A DNA stretch of 64,000 nt. Origin: Spirochaetia bacterium. GTDB lineage: Bacteria; Spirochaetota; Spirochaetia; SP-2023. Location of the stretch: positions 1,408,001-1,472,000 of the forward strand of contig CBDDCK010000005.1 in assembly GCA_965225855.1 (NCBI GenBank), in the 5' to 3' direction. The notes below the pieces were generated by a model, which had not been told where the DNA came from, ran no database searches, and was given only the letters and a program-made list of their open reading frames with translations. Within the stretch, counting starts at the first letter, position 1; each line of letters starts with the position of its first letter. Shown in pieces: positions 61,063 to 64,000 of the stretch. A program made the translations under genes and the position numbers.

Positions 61063-61929
61063 CTAGCCTTTAATACCAGAAAATGTTATGCCGGTAACAA
61101 AATATTTCTGAAAAGAAAGAAACACAATAATAATCGGTAAAATAGCGACTATAGTTCCGGCCATAGCTAATTGCAGGCCATCTCCGCCTTGCCCCCCTTG
61201 CAGTAAAGCCAGCCCCATTGTTAGCGTTCGCTTGTCATCAGAATTAATAAAAACTAAAGGCCGAATATAATCATTCCAAATAGTTACAGTAGAAATTATT
61301 ACTAAGCTGGCTATCGCAGGCTTAATTTGCGGTAAAACCACTTTTACAAACCTGGTATAATAGCTCGCTCCGTCAATAATAGCCGACTCTTCTAATTCAT
61401 TGGGAATAGCTTTTAAGAATTGCCTTAACAGGAAGACTCCATAAACGTCAAAAATAACCGGGTATATTAGGGATTGCAAGTTATCCAATAACCCAATACC
61501 GCGCATGAGTAGAAACATGGGTATAAGTCGCGTCTGTATTGGAACCATAAGGGTAGCTAAATACACCCAAAAAAGAATTTCTCTGCCGCGGAATCGCAAT
61601 TTTGCAAATGCATAAGCCGCCATACAGGAACTAATTAAAGTTCCGATTAAGGCCGTAGTGGTAACAAATAATGAGTTGATAATATACATCGCAAAATTAA
61701 ACGCCGGTAGGAAAAAAAGATCCGAATAATTTTGGAAACGCCAACTAATTTTCAAGCTCAGTGGCCGAAAGGCTTCCTCATAAGTTTTTAACGAAGTTAA
61801 AATCGTCCATAAAAATGGTATTATCATGATTAGTAGGACAATAAACAGCACAATATAAATGATACCTAAATGAAAAAGCTTTGCCGATTTTCTTTCTATT
61901 GGCTTTTTAGTTTCAATCATAGAGTACAA
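61063..61929 (-). CDS. Carbohydrate ABC permease (MalG-like)
   Basis: LEESAIIDGA, WNDYIRPL. Confidence 0.92.
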   Translation of the reverse strand: MYSMIETKKPIERKSAKLFHLGIIYIVLFIVLLIMIIPFLWTILTSLKTYEEAFRPLSLKISWRFQNYSDLFFLPAFNFAMYIINSLFVTTTALIGTLISSCMAAYAFAKLRFRGREILFWVYLATLMVPIQTRLIPMFLLMRGIGLLDNLQSLIYPVIFDVYGVFLLRQFLKAIPNELEESAIIDGASYYTRFVKVVLPQIKPAIASLVIISTVTIWNDYIRPLVFINSDDKRTLTMGLALLQGGQGGDGLQLAMAGTIVAILPIIIVFLSFQKYFVTGITFSGIKG

Positions 61930-61973
61930 CTTAAATTATAACGAATAAATACTCAAAAGAACCTTATAGCAGA

Positions 61974-62879
61974 CTATGCTTCAAACATCCATTTTTTGGA
62001 CAGGCGATCTTGAATATAAGTTACTAAAAACACTATAAAAAATAAAATAACAGATTGAGAGGATGCATATCCCATTTCAAAGTTTTTAAAAGCCGTAAGG
62101 TAAATTTGCATGGCGATTGTTGTTGTCGCAAAAGCGGGGCCACCATTGGTCAAAACAGAAGTCAAATCAAATATCTGAAAAGAACCAATAATTGCAGTGG
62201 TAAATAAAAAGAAGGTCGCGGACGAAACTAAAGGCAATTTAATCCGAAAAAAAACTTGAATAGGATTTGCCCCATCTATGGCCGCAGCTTCATAGTAGCT
62301 GGTAGGAATGCCATTTAATGCAGCTAAAAAGATTACCATAAAATAGCCAATCTGTTTCCAAATACCAACGATAATAATACTGGGCATAGCAAGTTGGCTA
62401 GTAGAAAGCCAACCTAAAGGCTTATCAATGATACCCAAGCTCATTAAAAACGTATTTAATAGCCCATTATCCGTTTTCAAAAATGCAGCCCAAATTACCG
62501 CAACCGCAACAGAAGAAGTAATATGAGGCAAAAAGAGAATAGTTCTCAAAGCGGTTTTACCTTGTAATTTTTCAGAGCCATCAATAATAGATGCAATAAT
62601 TAATGAAAGAAAAATCGCAATAGGTATCGCTATAAAAGTATAATATGCAGTATTAAGCAAACTTTTGATAAAATAGGCATCACTAAATAAGTGCCGAAAA
62701 TGGTCAAAAAATACAAAGGAGGGCGGACTTAACAAATCCCATTTTATCAGCCCCATCAAAAAAGAGCTGATGGTAGGAAACAGAGTAAATACTGTAAACC
62801 CTATAAAACTTGGTAAAATAAAAACAATTGCAGCTTTAAGGTCTTGATTTTTTTGTCCCATAACAATCTCATCAGCCAA
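61974..62879 (-). CDS. Carbohydrate ABC permease (MalF-like)
   Basis: YYEAAAIDGA, TNGGP; start approximate. Confidence 0.9.
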   Translation of the reverse strand: MADEIVMGQKNQDLKAAIVFILPSFIGFTVFTLFPTISSFLMGLIKWDLLSPPSFVFFDHFRHLFSDAYFIKSLLNTAYYTFIAIPIAIFLSLIIASIIDGSEKLQGKTALRTILFLPHITSSVAVAVIWAAFLKTDNGLLNTFLMSLGIIDKPLGWLSTSQLAMPSIIIVGIWKQIGYFMVIFLAALNGIPTSYYEAAAIDGANPIQVFFRIKLPLVSSATFFLFTTAIIGSFQIFDLTSVLTNGGPAFATTTIAMQIYLTAFKNFEMGYASSQSVILFFIVFLVTYIQDRLSKKWMFEA

Positions 62880-62960
62880 ATTTCACCTAAAAACTTTCTC
62901 TCTCTTTTCGAGATTACCTAGCAGATTCTGCTAACTTTCAAGAACAAAAAAGGAAAAGTA

Positions 62961-64000
62961 TCATTTTAAATTTTTGCTCAAAATAGCATTGGACTCTATA
63001 ACAGCTTGATCCATTGCATCTTGGACAGACAATTCCCCCAATAAACTTTTTTGCCAATAGGTCTGTTGTAATGTATTGAGCTTACCATAATTTTGTGGTA
63101 GCTGCAGCGGATGCGCATGGCCTTGATTGTTAATAACATCATAAATTTCGATAAACCTTTGTGGATATTTACCCGGTTGCACATCGGCATAAAGCTCTAC
63201 CAATTTATCATCGTTGATAGCAGGAGGAACCCTCTTGGCAATCGCATTAAACTTTTCACCTTCCGGCCCACGATGATAAGTAAGAAACTCCCAGGCCGGG
63301 TACAACTTTGCCGTCTCTTTATAAAGACTGTAAATATTAGATTTCGTCATAGTCGTATTCCGTCTACCATCATCAGCGATGGGGTAAGGCCAAGCCTCAA
63401 AGCGCATATTTGCTTGCTTAAAAATAAATAACTGCGCTGAAGAGCCCTGAATATAAAACAAACTCTTTCCACCTACAAATTCATCTGGGGCTTTATATTG
63501 GGAATTCGCCATATCCTTAGGAAATATACCCTTATTGTACAATTCTATAAACCGAGATAGCTCACCGGTAGCTTGAGAATTATTAAAAATGGCTTCTGAA
63601 TAATCTTCAGAATACATATCCGTACCACTCGCATAAATAAGAGTCAAAGGAAAGGAAGATTCAGCTACGGCACCATATAAACTGCCACCTGATTTTTCAT
63701 AGATTTCTTCACACATACGGTAAAATTCACTTATAGTCCAGTCTTTGGAAGGCATTTCCATATCATACTCATCTAAAATATCTAAATTTATAAAGTAATA
63801 AAATGGGGCATAACCCCAAGGAAGACCAAATAATTCGCCATTTTTACCTCGGGCATCTTCAATTGCTTCTGGATAAAAAATGCTTAGATCGTAATTTTTA
63901 TCTTGAACAACCGGATTAAGGTCCTTTAAAACCCCTAAGAAGTTAGAACGGAAATTGCTATCAATACGCATTACATCAGGAGCCTGCCCTCCTCCAATCA
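62961..64000 (-). CDS. Sugar ABC substrate-binding protein (5' end outside the window)
   Basis: GGGQAPDVMR, LFGLPW, YFINLD; upstream of two permeases. Confidence 0.88.
   Translation of the reverse strand, partial: IGGGQAPDVMRIDSNFRSNFLGVLKDLNPVVQDKNYDLSIFYPEAIEDARGKNGELFGLPWGYAPFYYFINLDILDEYDMEMPSKDWTISEFYRMCEEIYEKSGGSLYGAVAESSFPLTLIYASGTDMYSEDYSEAIFNNSQATGELSRFIELYNKGIFPKDMANSQYKAPDEFVGGKSLFYIQGSSAQLFIFKQANMRFEAWPYPIADDGRRNTTMTKSNIYSLYKETAKLYPAWEFLTYHRGPEGEKFNAIAKRVPPAINDDKLVELYADVQPGKYPQRFIEIYDVINNQGHAHPLQLPQNYGKLNTLQQTYWQKSLLGELSVQDAMDQAVIESNAILSKNLK

Noticed and set aside
768..63431. Numerous 60-170 aa ORFs antisense to or nested in recognised genes
   Set aside because: Shadow ORFs without recognisable motifs

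Overview
AT-rich bacterial chromosomal window, most likely from a host-associated spirochaete. This is inferred from a DUF3996/BAPKO_0422-like OMP, tRNA-Arg(GCG), a YidC-sulfatase-type fusion and a degenerate LysM-M23 protein. 1-19.5 kb is core genome: the S10/spc ribosomal protein run, tuf, rpsG and rpsL (no fusA), four tRNAs, topA, MscS, LysM-M23, DUF368 and a HAD hydrolase, with two small decayed genes at 14.7-16.4 kb. From tRNA-Ser (19.5 kb) onward the window is accessory. It holds four carbohydrate ABC modules without ATPases, a GH4 alpha-galactosidase, four Gfo/Idh/MocA oxidoreductases, a TRAP/sugar-acid cluster, a TauABC-like transporter with YidH/YidG, an APH-family kinase and a YidC fusion, interleaved with gene remnants (AraC, PHP/DUF3604-like, malic enzyme). 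Four structures stand out. (1) Two outward-facing paralogous Ig-like-repeat lipoprotein genes share promoter and 5' DNA, form a long inverted repeat around ~21 kb and show patchy codon hypervariability. (2) A 23-copy 46-bp satellite with higher-order substructure replaces the 5' ends of two divergent genes. (3) An 11.6-kb block is bounded by a 66-bp direct repeat of a gene start and begins with a 155-bp copy of a nearby gene. (4) Many short arrays have ~21-23 or ~41-48 bp periods, several with a fold-back copy. No integrase, transposase, reverse transcriptase or cas gene is visible. All family assignments come from recognising motifs by eye, not from database searches.
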